Below are positions 1-11,725 of a DNA stretch of 64,000 nucleotides, piece by piece; within the stretch, counting starts at the first letter, position 1; every line of letters begins with the position of its first letter. The translations under genes were made by a program, and so were the position numbers. Source of the DNA: Hemiscyllium ocellatum (Eukaryota); contig NC_083410.1 of the NCBI RefSeq assembly GCF_020745735.1, positions 9,150,117-9,214,116 of the forward strand, written 5' to 3'. The notes under the pieces were generated by a model that worked only from the letters and a program-made list of their open reading frames with translations, did not search any database and had not been told where the DNA came from.

Positions 1-1246
1 ATGTTTACTCATCTCCCTTTTCCTTGTGATCTTATTGCATTACATAGAAAATGCAACACAGCAACTAGTAATCTGGGAACAACAATATAATAGTGATACT
101 AGTCTTCCATATTAGCCATTCACTTAACATGTTCCTGTATCGATTTGTTCCCACTCCAACTTTGAAGTAAACTTATCCTTTAATTTTATTGTAATCTCTG
201 TTCAGCTACTAACTCTGAGGACAATTCACCCCCACTCCAAAGACGACATTTTGCCTGTTGTTTTTCATAAATCTTTTAGATTTATTCTTACAGCTATAAG
301 TCTATGCTGTAAAAGTCTCAACCAGTGGAAACTGACTGAGCCAGATTAGTCCTCCTTCACGTTTAAACACTTAGATTAAATTGTTTTTAAGGATCACTGC
401 ATATTTGACCCTCCATTATCAGGCAAAAGTGAATCAGATTTGTCAAAATGATCAACTTGCTGATTGATTCTTAAATCCTAGCAGATGGCAAATAATATCA
501 GAGTTTCAACTCCATCCCAAGCCAGTGATCCCCACGATAAAAGCCTGTGTCCATATGTGGACACCAGACAGAAAGAGCAATCATTCCACTGTCGCTGTGT
601 TTGCATTATGATGGAAATCTCGGTGTCAAGATTTCTTAGAATTTACAATTTCAGCAGGAGCCCCTGCTGCAAAAAAATTTACAATAGTTACTATTAAGGC
701 AAACAAACTGATGCAGTACAAAGAAGACTCATTCCACAAATCCTTCAGTCAATCAATTCAACAGACTACATTTCCTTAAGTGGACAAAATCTTATGGCAT
801 GATTTTGCACAATGGCCAGTGCATTCTTCTTGAGTTCCAATCAGTAAAACAAATTATTTATATTAAAACAGCAATTACATTGCAAAAGTCCTTTATTAGT
901 TATAAAGCATTGCAAAAAGCACAGCATAGGTCATCCTAATTATTTTCTGTTTTGTAATTAAAAGCTAAAAAGATAATAAAACTATCCTTAATATCCTAAA
1001 GCAACCTCTCTGCTGATTTTATCTTCAAGAAAGGTCAGGGACTGTGTGCAACAGCATTGGGGAAGGAAACAGCAGTGTTAGGGAACAAGTTACCATGGGT
1101 CACTCCCATTATAAATAGCTGAAACTTGGTTTTTACATTGAGTTCTGTTTAAAAAACAAAGAGAAATACTATTGACTGTAAATGACCACAGGAGGATCCA
1201 GTCTGGTTAGTAAAATGGAGGGAATGATGGAATAGTCTAATGGAAC

Positions 1247-2481
1247 ATTCATCAACTCCAGCCTCCCCGCTACTCTTGACCCACTCCAATTTGCCTATCG
1301 GACGAACAGATCTACGTCAGACGCCATATCCCTTGCCCTTCACTTTTCCCTAGAACATCTTGACACCATTACAGCTACCTAAGAATCCTACTTATTGACC
1401 ATAGTTCAGCCTTCAACACTATTATCCCCTCAAGACTGATTACTAAACTTAGTGATCTCGGACTAAGCCCCACTCTCTGCAATTGGATTCTCAGTTTCCT
1501 GACCCACAGGCCACAATCAGTGAAGACTGGGTACAATATTCCATCCTCACTAACACTCAACAATGGAGCCCCCCAGGGGTGTGTACTCAGCCCCCTACTG
1601 CACTCACTGTATACCCATGACTGTGTCGCCAAATACCAGACTAAGTCATTTACAAGTTCGCTGATGACAACACCATAGTCGGTCGAATCTCAGATGGTGA
1701 TGAAACAGACTGTAGACGGGAGGTGGAAGACCTGGAAAAATGGTGCACTGAGAACAACCTAGCTCTCAATGCTGGCAAGACCAAGGAGCTCATTATCGAC
1801 GTTCGGTGGGATGTTACTCATGCCCCCTCCTACACATTAACAGCACAGAGGTGGAATGAGTGGAGAGTGTCAAGCTCCTGGGAGTGGCCATCCACAACAA
1901 ACTTTCTTGGACTCTTCAAACGGACGCACTGGTTACAATGGCCCAATATCTCTTTCTTCCTCAGGCAGCTGAGGAAATTTGGCATGCTGGCAAATACCCT
2001 TGCCAACTTTTATGGGTGTGCCATCGAGAGCATTCTGTCTGGATGTATCACTACCTGGTATGGCAACTGTACCATTCAAGATGGGAGATGGTTACAGAGA
2101 GTGGTGAACTCGGCCTGGCCAATCACAAAGGCCAACCTCACATCTATAGAATCCATCTACCAGGCCCGCTGTCAAGGAAAGGCCGCCAGCATTCTCAAAG
2201 ATCCATTCCACCCTGGCAATGTTTTTTACAACCTCTACCATCGGGGAGAAGGTACAGAAGCCTGAACACAAGCACCAGCCGGTTTCAAAACAGTTTCTAC
2301 CCTACTGTTGTTAGAATATGAATGTACTCTCATACTCTTAACATTTGCCTGTACCTGTGTTTTTGTTTTTGCTGCTGTTTACCTATTATTTACTATCTAC
2401 GCTACTTAACTCTGTGATCTGCCTGTATTGCTCGAAAGACAAGGCTTTTCACTGTGCACGTGACAATAAATTCAATTCAAT
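1247..2481 (+). mobile_element. 5'-truncated Rex1/Babar-type LINE (RT region plus 3' end), frameshifted
   Basis: Decodes [39 protein letters not shown] and KFADD motifs. ORF fragments 1723-2265 and 1860-2321. Ends in AATAAA followed by (ttcaa)2. Confidence 0.88.
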
Positions 2482-3593
2482 GGTCGTGGTGGGATTCAGT
2501 ATCAACTTTAGAGTCAGACTCTCTGATCAAACGTACTGCACTAAATATATTTTAAAATAATCAATATAAAAATGCTTTCATGGAAGCAGAGCTTTTAATA
2601 CGTTTGAGAACATCAATATCCCACTTTTCCTCTCTCATATCTTTTTTAGATTACCATTTGCGAGATACAGTGCTTTTGATATCAAACATCGCAAACATGA
2701 TTTTGTATTAGTTGCTAGCATGAGTGAGAGTTATTGGATAGCAAGAGGAAGAAGTTAATCTTCAAATCTTTATTCCTGAAAGGACTCGATTAAAAGATTG
2801 TTAAGCCTGTGGAGAAATGTCTGTCAGGAGTCTACTCGGTTTTGTTAATACACTGGAATTCTCTGCTACTGAATAATTTCCCAAAGCGAGTGATGTTTCA
2901 AAATGATAATGTCAATTACAGATATATTTCTGAACACAAAATCTTCAATTTGTTGTGGTTAAAACCTTCCTCGAGGACATCTCCATTGATTAGTCGGGAA
3001 ACATATTTGCTGAGGTCCAGAGCACCATTTCAATATTCTAGGAACAAATTACTGCCGATGCTGCAATCTATGCTGAAAACAACAAATGCTGGAGATCACA
3101 GTGGATCAGACAGCATCCGTGGAGAGACAGCAAACTAACGTTGAGTCTAAATGACTATTCCTCGCTTCATACATTAATTTCCATAAACTCTCTCACCCCT
3201 TTGTTATCAGAAAGGAAATGTTAAGATTAATGAGTCTCACCAAACAGAGTAACCAGTTACTCATCCTCTAAGGACCTCAGGGCACTTGCTGCATGTAAAT
3301 TAGCTGCTACAGTTGAGAATTTTTTTTATATTTGTTAATGGTATGTGGGAGCACCATTATTGTTCATCCCCAGTTGCCTGAAATGTTGTCTGTGAGCAAT
3401 CTTCTTCAAACACTGCAGTTTTTCATGTAGGAGTACAGCAACAGTGCTATTAGAGAGGGAATTCCAGGATTTTGACCCATGACAGTGAAGGTGCAGTGAT
3501 ATAGTTCCAAATGAAGAGGTGTGAGACTTGAAAGGGAACATGCAGTGGGTGCTGTTCCGGTGCATTTGTTGCCCTTGTTTTCAAAGTCATGGA

Positions 3594-3927
3594 TCACAGA
3601 AACCCTACAGTGTGGAAACAGGCTGTGTGGCCCAACAAGTCAATACCGAACCTCTGAAGAACAACCCATTCAGACCCTTTTCCCTACCCTATTATTTACC
3701 TTGACTATGGTACGTAACTTACACATCCCTGAACACTATGGGCAAATTAGCATGGCCAATTCATCTAACCTGCACATCTTTGGATTGTGGGAGGAAACCG
3801 AAACACCCAGAGGAAACTCACGCAGACACGGGGAGAATGTGCAAACTCCACACAGGCAGTTGCCTGAAAGTGGAGTCCCCAGCACTATGAGATAGCAGTG
3901 CTAACAACTGAGCCATCATGCCGCCCC
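3594..3927 (-). mobile_element. HE1-type V-SINE (tRNA-derived head, CR1-like tail)
   Basis: Antisense GGCTCAGTTGTTAGCACTGCT head, GGAGTTTGCACATTCTCCCCGTGTCTGCG V-domain and CCTGTTTCCACACTGTAGGG tail. Confidence 0.9.
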
Positions 3928-4057
3928 AAAAAATTAAGATTGTGGCTTCTTAAGGAACTTTGATGAGATACTGCAGTACATCTTGTAAATGGTACACACT
4001 GCCACTGTGCATTGATGGTTAGGGGAGTGAATGTTGAATGATGTGAATGTGATTTCG

Positions 4058-4150
4058 AAGAGTGTGTTGCTGGAAAAGCACAGCTGGTCATGCAGCATCT
4101 GAGAAGCAGGAGAGTCAACGTTTCAAGCGTAAGCTCTTCATCAGGAATGA
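4058..4150 (-). mobile_element. PLE-terminus mini-insertion with hammerhead-like motif
   Basis: Minus strand reads attcCTGATGAagagcttacgcttGAAAcgttgac. Same family as 7866 and 34845. Confidence 0.75.
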
Positions 4151-5200
4151 TATTGTGGATGTGGTGCCAATGAAGTGGGCTATTTTATCCTGGATCATGT
4201 TAAAAGTTCTTAAGTGCTGTTGGAGTTGCTCTCATCCACACAAGAGGGGAGTATTGCATCACACTCTGGACTCATGCCTTGTAGATGATGGACAGATACT
4301 GGTAAACGGAAAGCAACTTTCTCACTACAGAACACCAGGACACCAACTTCTTCTGTCCTGAGGCCAAGAGGACACACCACCTGAAACCACAACCACCTCG
4401 CTTTGTTAGAATTGCTCCACCTAGTTAAGAGATTTTCCCATTGATTCTCTTTGACTCAAGTTTTTCTTGACAACACGTGGAGTGAACTGAGTTGGTTCAA
4501 GACTGGTATTTGAGAAGCTGAGGTCCGAAGGATGTGATTGGATGGACCGTCCACCTGGTACTGCTGGTTGAAGACTGGTGCAAATACTACAACCGTGACT
4601 TTCACACTGATGTGCTGGGCTGTAACTTCATTGAGGTTGGGGATATTTTTTAGAGGCACCAACTTCTGTTAGTGGCAGGGCTTAACTCTAACCTAATGTT
4701 TATGGGATCACTTAGTATCACTTGAATCTACAGTATGCCGCTTTCACTGTTGGACACGCACAGGCCATCTTGTGCTGTAGCTTCACCAGTTGGCATATTG
4801 CTTTAAGCTATACACTCCTGGCATGTCTCCCTATCCTGTTTGTTGAACCAAGACAGTAATTAAGTGTAATTCATGCTGTCTGATGATGGCCTGTGCAGTT
4901 CAGCTTTTCTGCCCCAGTTGATGTCTCTCCTGTATTAAACTGACGGAAATTGGCAAGGACATTCGATGTCTTCACCATATTTGACACCATTCTCTACCTA
5001 GTACAGGCTGTGATCCTCACCAGTGAATCCAACACAGACTCAAATGTCAGTAAACTTAGGTAAAGCAAGGCTGCATCATTGCACGAATGCTCTCTTCTAT
5101 TTCACTTACTACAACATCCCACCAAATATCCATGAAGCTTCCTTGAATAGAACTTGGAGCTTCTCTACAGGATGAGTAGCATTGCTTCCAGTCCAGAAGT

Positions 5201-5504
5201 CTGGAAACAGGCCATAAGGCCCAACGAGTTCACAATGACCCTCCGAAGATTATCCCACCCACTCTGTTACTTTACATTATCCTGACTGATGTACCTAACC
5301 TACACATCCCTGAACACTACGGACAATTTAGTATTACCAATTCACCTAACCTGCACATCTTTGAACTGTGGGAAGAAACCGGAGCATCCGGAGAAAACCC
5401 ACGCAGGCACGGGGAGAATGTGCAAACTCCACACAGTCGTTCGAGGCTGGAATCGAACCTGGGTCCCTGCCACTGTGAGGCAGCAGTGATAACCACTGAG
5501 CCAC
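5201..5504 (-). mobile_element. HE1-type V-SINE
   Basis: Antisense tRNA-like head (GGCTCAGTGGTTA..., GGTTCGATTCC B-box) and V-domain. Confidence 0.9.
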
Positions 5505-5945
5505 TCTTTGTAGAGACATTTGACAGAACAGGTCTACAGTTAAACATTAAGACAAGGATCCCCTACCGGAGAACTCTCGCTGCAAACACTGACCCCAACT
5601 ATTAAAATTCATGGCCACTGGACAACGTGGAAGCTCCTTTTCAGAGAAGACAGACATTGACAATGAAACTCAACATCACTTCCAGTCTGCCAGCACAGTC
5701 TTGGGTCTTTTGAAAGACAGCATTTGATGACTAAGATCACAAATCTGACATCAAACACAATTTACAGGGCAGTTGACAGACCCATCCTGGTAGAAAAGCA
5801 CTGGTGTTGCCTCTGCAAAACCTTGCAAACCCAATGGCAAAACAGGTCTCCAATATCGATGTCCTCCCTCAGGCTAACATCTCTAGCCTTGAAGCACTGA
5901 TTAACCACATTGGGTAAAGCAGATCATCCACATGTTCAATTAAAC
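5505..5945 (+). mobile_element. Degenerate RTE-clade LINE fragment
   Basis: Remnants resembling LDNVE...DIDNETQHHFQSASTVLG, as in the RTE post-RT region. Heavily mutated. Confidence 0.55.
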
Positions 5946-6029
5946 AGAAAAGTTGAAAACAATGAGAAACACACGAAAGTGCAAGTTCTTCAAAACGCCA
6001 TGCGACTGTTCCACAGATGTGACTGCTCG

Positions 6030-6350
6030 GCCACTCAGGACCCACAACTCCAGAGTGGGAGAATGTCATCTTCCATCTTGAGACAGACTGCCAAAGGAGA
6101 AAGTATTGCTGAGCAGTTGCTGCTTGACAGCACTGTTCATGACCCCTTCCATCATTTTACTGATGCTTGAGAGCAAACTAATCAAACTGTAATTTATAGA
6201 ATTGGATTTGCCCTGCTGTTCATGGACAGAACATATCTGGGCTATTTTCCACATTGTTGGACAATTGCCTATATTGAAACAGCTTGCCGAGATGTATGGT
6301 TAATATCAAAGCACAAGTCTCAGCATCATTTTTGTCGGGGTCCATAACCT
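6030..6350 (-). mobile_element. CR1/L2-group LINE RT fragment
   Basis: ORF 6066-6254 contains KSNSINYSLISLLSSISKMMEGV, a decayed NYRPISLLSIISKVME motif. Confidence 0.7.
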
Positions 6351-6594
6351 TTACACTGTTCAGTACCGACCCGGGCTTCAAAATTAATTCAATGGTTTTG
6401 AAGCACTTTGAGACAACAAAGGAATGTTGATGCTGGTATACCAATGTAACTTTTAAAACATAAACAATCCTTAGAATTAAGATTCAAAGGTTCTCCTATT
6501 ACTTGGGCACATAACAGTGGTCATGATGCAAGATTTAACCTTAAATCACAGGCACATAACACATTTCTGGATCGTAATTGTACACGATACTTGC

Positions 6595-6670
6595 CTCTTC
6601 AGTGAGCTCTCCGAACACAGTAAGGACATCGTATAACAGGCTGGAGGTGTAGAATGATTTGATCATGTTT
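6595..6670 (-). CDS. VTA1: VTA1 coding exon 4 (GC donor)
   Basis: 76-nt exon after tttttcacAG. Translates (K)NMIKSFYTSSLLYDVLTVFGELTEE, matching human NMIKSFYTASLLIDVITVFGELTDE. Followed by GCaagt. Confidence 0.95.
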
Positions 6671-7865
6671 CTGTGAAAAACAAAATTTTACTTCAAACTT
6701 ACAGGAATAGGCTCTAAATCCATATTACAACATTGATTTTTTTGTCTCCTTTTAGCAAAGATATCCCCTTATTGCTGATCAGAACTAGGACACAAAGAAA
6801 GGGCACTAACTTATAAAAAAAAATTAGAAGAGGGCACTGATGGGTTGGGCCATCATTCTCATCGAGATGCAGCATGAATGGTTAACTGCCAATTTTAGTT
6901 CTTAGAAAAGGCAGACTTTGACTGGTTAGGATGCTGTCATAGAAATATAGCACGAGATTAGCAGTCTCCATGATCCTTCTTTGTTTTGGAATTAAAAGGT
7001 GCAATAAATTTTAAAAATTCTTATCTACATAAAACAGAGCCCTGAGAGTTAATATACGTAATTTATGACGTGCACAAATGCATCAAATTGGGGGCATAAC
7101 TGATACACCACTCGCATTTACTGTAAAGCAGCAGTGCAAAACAGTTTCACTTGATGCTCAAGTTTCTGCGATATCTTCTCCTTGTGCAGTAATCAAGGGT
7201 GGAACTGGACCCGCTCAGGGTCAAGAGTGGGGGGCAGAGGCTCTTTAATATGTTGTTACAAGTGATGATTTAATCAGGGTAGCTCGACATTATTGCATGG
7301 AATAGTTTTGACATACCTCATCTCAGCATGAAGCTCAAATTGTAACAGACGGCAAAGGTCATATTCATGAGATTACCAGAAATCTTGTAGTGTATGGACT
7401 GTAGGAATCCCAACGTGAATGAATATCAGTCAATGAATATGGGTTTTTGGTAGATAGGAGGTGAGAACTTAGTGGTAGACTTCTAAACTGACACACTAAG
7501 CAAACAAAGCTTGTTCCATTGCACCCATCTCATTTCAGCATCATCTGGAATTTATTAAACAGTGTATCTTGGAAGGGGAAAGTCTCTCAAAAATTTGAAG
7601 AAAAGATTAAGTTAGGTATCTCACATTGTTACAAGTGAATATATCCGTTAAGCTATAAAAGGTTGTTTGTCTAGCACACATGTGTAAGGTGATACAAATT
7701 TTAGTGCCAGGAAGGTAGACAAATATCCCAACAACTGTCAGATTGTATCAAACAATACTCCCCAGTGACTATTTGCAGTTGGCAGCATGCTCATATGTCC
7801 ACAATTAGGTATGATTCTGCTATTGGACATTATTTATTAAATAATCCATGTTGCATAAAAAATAA

Positions 7866-7960
7866 GTTGAAAATGTGTTGCTGGTTAAAGCACAGCAGGT
7901 TAGGCAGCATCCAAGGAATAGGAAATTCAACGTTTCGGGCATAAGCCCTTCATCAAGCCC
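7866..7960 (-). mobile_element. 95-bp PLE-terminus mini-insertion with 14-bp TSD
   Basis: TSD tgcataaaaaataa at 7852-7865 and 7961-7974. Minus strand reads (t)TGATGAagggcttatgcccGAAAcgttgaat. Confidence 0.9.
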
Positions 7961-8647
7961 TGCATAAAAAATAACCCCAGAAGTTAATTTAAGACTATCA
8001 GTCAGGGTTGCGGTGTTGTGCATTTACATATGCTATGAGCTACATATTCTATTTTAAATGTTAGGTAGGCAAAAGAAATTTTTACATATATTGTCTTTAT
8101 ATATTGAGTTTTTACATATATTGAGTTATAGAGTCTGCCAACTTTGCTGCATTCCCACAACAACACTAATCAGTCATAGTTTATCTTCCTAGTCTAAGAA
8201 TGAAGATTGACAGTTAGCTGTTCCTATTGTATCTCCATGCTATTAATGACCCTACAAATCAGTATTGTCTCCTGCTGCTCAAATTGGAGTTCCTTGTCTG
8301 AAGTCTGGTTTTGGTGCCCTAGTTCTGATGAGTGCAAGACAAAAACCTTTGACTTCTTGTCTCCTTACACCAGTGTTTTAAGTTTTATAATATCAAGCGA
8401 TATTGACAGAATTGCTGAGGTCTCCAGAAAAAGACCTTTCAGCCCACTGAGTCTGTCCAATCAAAGTAACCAGCTAACTAGTCTAATCCCATTTTCTAGC
8501 ACTTGGCGCGTAAGCTTTGTATGCCTTGGCATCACAAATGGACATCTGAAAATTTCTTACATTTTATGAGGATATCAGCACCTATCACTCTTACAGGCAA
8601 TCTGTTTCTGAATTCCACCAGCACTAGATGAAAAAAAACTTCACTTT

Positions 8648-9225
8648 CCATAGAGCTATACATCACGGAAACAGGCCCTTTGATCCAACTCATCCACACG
8701 GACGAGACATCCGGATCTGACCTAGTCCTACTTGCTAGCATTTGGCAATATCCCTCTAAATCCTTCCTGCTCATGTACCCATGCAGATGCCTTTTAAATG
8801 TTGTCATTGTACCAGCCTCCACCACTTTCTCTGCAGCTTGTTCCATACACGTACCACCCTCTGCCTGAAAACGTTATCCCCTCAGGTCCTTTTTAAGTCT
8901 TTCCCTTCTCACCTTAAACCTATCATGCCCCTCATGATTTTACAAACCTCAATAAAGTCACCCCTCAGCCTTCGACACTCCAGAGAAAAATAATAACCAG
9001 CCTATTGGACCCCTCAAACTCAAACCCTCCAGTCCTGGCAATATCCTTGTACAAAGGAACTTCAACTATCCGAATATCGGATTATCCAGCAAGATTGCAA
9101 GGTTCCGATGCTCGGCTAAACTATGTTATCCGAAATTCAATTATCCGGAATTTGTTTAACCAAAGGAAATACTTCCTGCCTGTGTCCTTTTGACAATCAA
9201 GGTTCCTCTGTAAATCTTTTCTGCA
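8648..9225 (-). mobile_element. CR1 (HER1-like) LINE 3' end, interrupted by a MITE
   Basis: ORF 8532-8846 contains VVEAGTMTTFKRHLHGYM. Antisense 3' tail present. Confidence 0.88.
9052..9210. mobile_element. Tc1/mariner (Tigger-like) MITE with TA TSD
   Basis: TA|caaaggaacttcaa ... tcaaggttcctctg|TA. Removing it restores the CR1 sequence atatccttgtaaatcttttctg. Confidence 0.85.
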
Positions 9226-10816
9226 AATCTCCTCCAAATCTCTTGACCCTTACATTAAATCTATGCCCTGGTCATTGATCCCTTCACCAAGGGGAGAAGC
9301 TTGTTCCTCTGTACCTTGTCAAAACATTAAATTCAAAGTTTAAAATTATTAGATGGATGTTTTTTAAAATCACTTTTATTATTTCTTCCACATGGCTGAT
9401 CTAATCCTTGCCATTGCTAGTTAAGATTGGACATGCATTGCAAGTATTCTTGGAAAATGAATGTAAAATAATAGATCTGTTGTTCAACAAGAACACTTGT
9501 GCAGTGAGCATCAAACACCTGCACACAAAGTATCACTGTTATATTATTAGTTTATATAGTCACGCATCAACTCTGTCTGAAAACCCAACACTAACGTTTC
9601 TTTCATCGGTTTTCAGGATGTGGTCAACATTTCTAAGGCTATACTTCTCGACTGGGGGGACCCTGTGTCGACCACAGATTGAAGCCTCATTTAGGCCAAG
9701 CCAAGCAGGGTTTGTGGGTTAACTGCTTATTTGCATCAAAAACCATCAACGAACTAGTGAGTTTATCCTAATAGGAATCCATTTTAATAAAGTAATAACT
9801 AAAAAAATCTTTCGCATTGCTGATCCCTGCAATCGTTCTTAGGAATTGTTTATTCCATATACATTGGGATTGATAAGGTCATACATTCTGAACAGTTTAG
9901 AACCATTAGAAATGTCTGGATACACATTAACTAATGTTTACAGAGGAAAAACCTAGTGGTGGTGGTCTAGGGTACACAAATCTAGCAATTTATTTATTTT
10001 GGTAGGTTACCATGCAACATAATCTATATTTTTCAAAAGGAAAATGAATGCCAGAACAGGTTTTCCAGAACACATTTTCCTGACCATCGCTGAGAGAGAT
10101 TTGGGACACAGAAACAAACAATATTCTTTTTGAACTGTTTTCAACATTTTTGAGCCAACTGGTATTAAGTGCAGTCTGTTGCCTTGTTTACACTATATTT
10201 TCCTTAGTTCCTGCATGTAGCAATACAATGGATTTAAATCAGTGGGATGGTTGTGATTTCCCTGTGCAGTCAGCCAAGTTACTGTCAAAATCCTTTGAAA
10301 ATTTGTCTTATCAGAACAAATATCGAGCAAAGAGTATTCAGAGTGCCATTATAAACACTCAACAGTTGTGACGGACAAATCTGCAGTGGCTAAAATACTT
10401 GGGAGGTCCTTGCCTGTTGGTTTGGCATTCATTTTAAAATAAATTCCTATTGTCTCAGCTGGCATTCTAACCTCTGCATCAGAAGAGTGTTGGTTTAAAC
10501 TCCAGAATGGATTGGAACTCAAAACCAACCGTGAGACCTCAAATGAGATGCTGGAGTTCTGAATTGTCCGATGTGTCATCCAACAGACAAAATAGGCAGC
10601 TGAAGCCCTTCATGTGGTAACTTAAAGGACAATACTGGATTTCCTGGTGTTCTGCCTAACATTTCTCTCTTCAACAACAGCAAATACAAGCTAATTGGTC
10701 ATACATCACTTTGTAGGTTCATACTACATGCAAAAGGCTGACACATGCTTTCAAATAATTAATTTGATGCAAAAACACAGCATCTCTCCCAAGCACACTG
10801 GCAGAAAAATGAAGCC

Positions 10817-10950
10817 ATGATGTGGAGGTGCCGGTATTGGACTGGGGTGGACAAAGTCTGAAGTCACAAGATACCAGGTTATAGTCCAATTGATTTATTT
10901 GAAATCACAAACTTTCAGAGTGCTGCTTCTTCATCAGGTGAAGTGGATAG
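10817..10950 (-). mobile_element. Mini-insertion of a distinct PLE-terminus family with hammerhead-like motif
   Basis: Minus strand 10940-10906 reads cacCTGATGAagaagcagcactctGAAAgtttgtg. Flanked by the imperfect direct repeat aaatgaag(g)cca. Confidence 0.7.
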
Positions 10951-10982
10951 ATAAATGAAGGCCAGCTCTTTAGGTATCATAA

Positions 10983-11305
10983 AATCATAGAATCCATTGA
11001 ATGTGGAATCAGGCCAATCAGCACATCGAGTTCACACTGACCTTCTGAAGAGCATCCCACTCAGACTCACTCTCCCTAACCCTATAAACATGCATTTCCC
11101 ACAACTAACCCACTTAGCCTGCAGGTCCTGGATACTATGGGTAATTTAACATGGTCAATCTACCTAATCCACACACCTTTGGACTCTGGGAGGAAATCAG
11201 CATCTAGAGGACACCCATGCAGAAACAGTAAGAATGTGCAGACTCCACTCAGAGAGTCACCTGGGGTTGGCACTGTGAGGCAACTGTTGCTAACCACTGA
11301 GCCAC
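10983..11305 (-). mobile_element. HE1-type V-SINE (older, internally deleted)
   Basis: Antisense GTGGCTCAGTGGTTAGCA head, V-domain and gattctatgatt tail. Confidence 0.85.
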
Positions 11306-11574
11306 TAGTGTCCAATTGTATCATTTTAGCATGCATTAAAATCAGCTCACTTTACTTTGTACTAGATGCTCTGTGTAGGTGCACTCAATGTGGACTTTTA
11401 AAGAGCTGGTACAGCCATTGTGAGTCCTTGCCCTCTTGCACCCTGATTGATGTTGTGGTGTTGTCTACAAGATGATTTAAAAAGCATCATTCACATGGTC
11501 AGTCAGCTTAACTATGCAAATTATGATGTCAATTGTATAGTTTGTAAGGAGGACATTAGATTGTTTTGGAAGTA

Positions 11575-11725
11575 CAGAGGAACCTCGATTACTGGCACAC
11601 GATTAACTGAACTTCAGATCATCCGAACAAGATCGCAAGGTCCCAATGCGTGGCTAGCTATGTTATCTGGCATTCAATTAACTGAACAAAATACTCCCTA
11701 CCTGCTTCCTTCCGAGGTTCCTCTG
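11575..11725. mobile_element. Tc1/mariner (Tigger-like) MITE, same family as 9052-9210
   Basis: Perfect 13-bp TIRs cagaggaacctcg / cgaggttcctctg flanked by TA. Internal similarity to 9052-9210. Confidence 0.88.

Larger units (their letters stand above)
3340..4860 (-). mobile_element. Old CR1/L2-group LINE fragments interrupted by younger inserts
   Basis: Antisense 3' end (cattattgttcatccccagttgcc...ggaattccaggattttgaccc). Related sequence occurs at 18130-18260, 58420-59290 and 6030-6350. Confidence 0.6.

Noticed and set aside
1-6590. Search for VTA1 exon 5 (NVKHRKYARWKA-like)
   Set aside because: Not found by eye; it presumably lies before position 1.
8318-8355. Further hammerhead-like motif agttCTGATGAgtgcaagacAAAA
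   Set aside because: The GAAA box is altered and stem II is only 2 bp. Possibly an old PLE end, but too degenerate to call.
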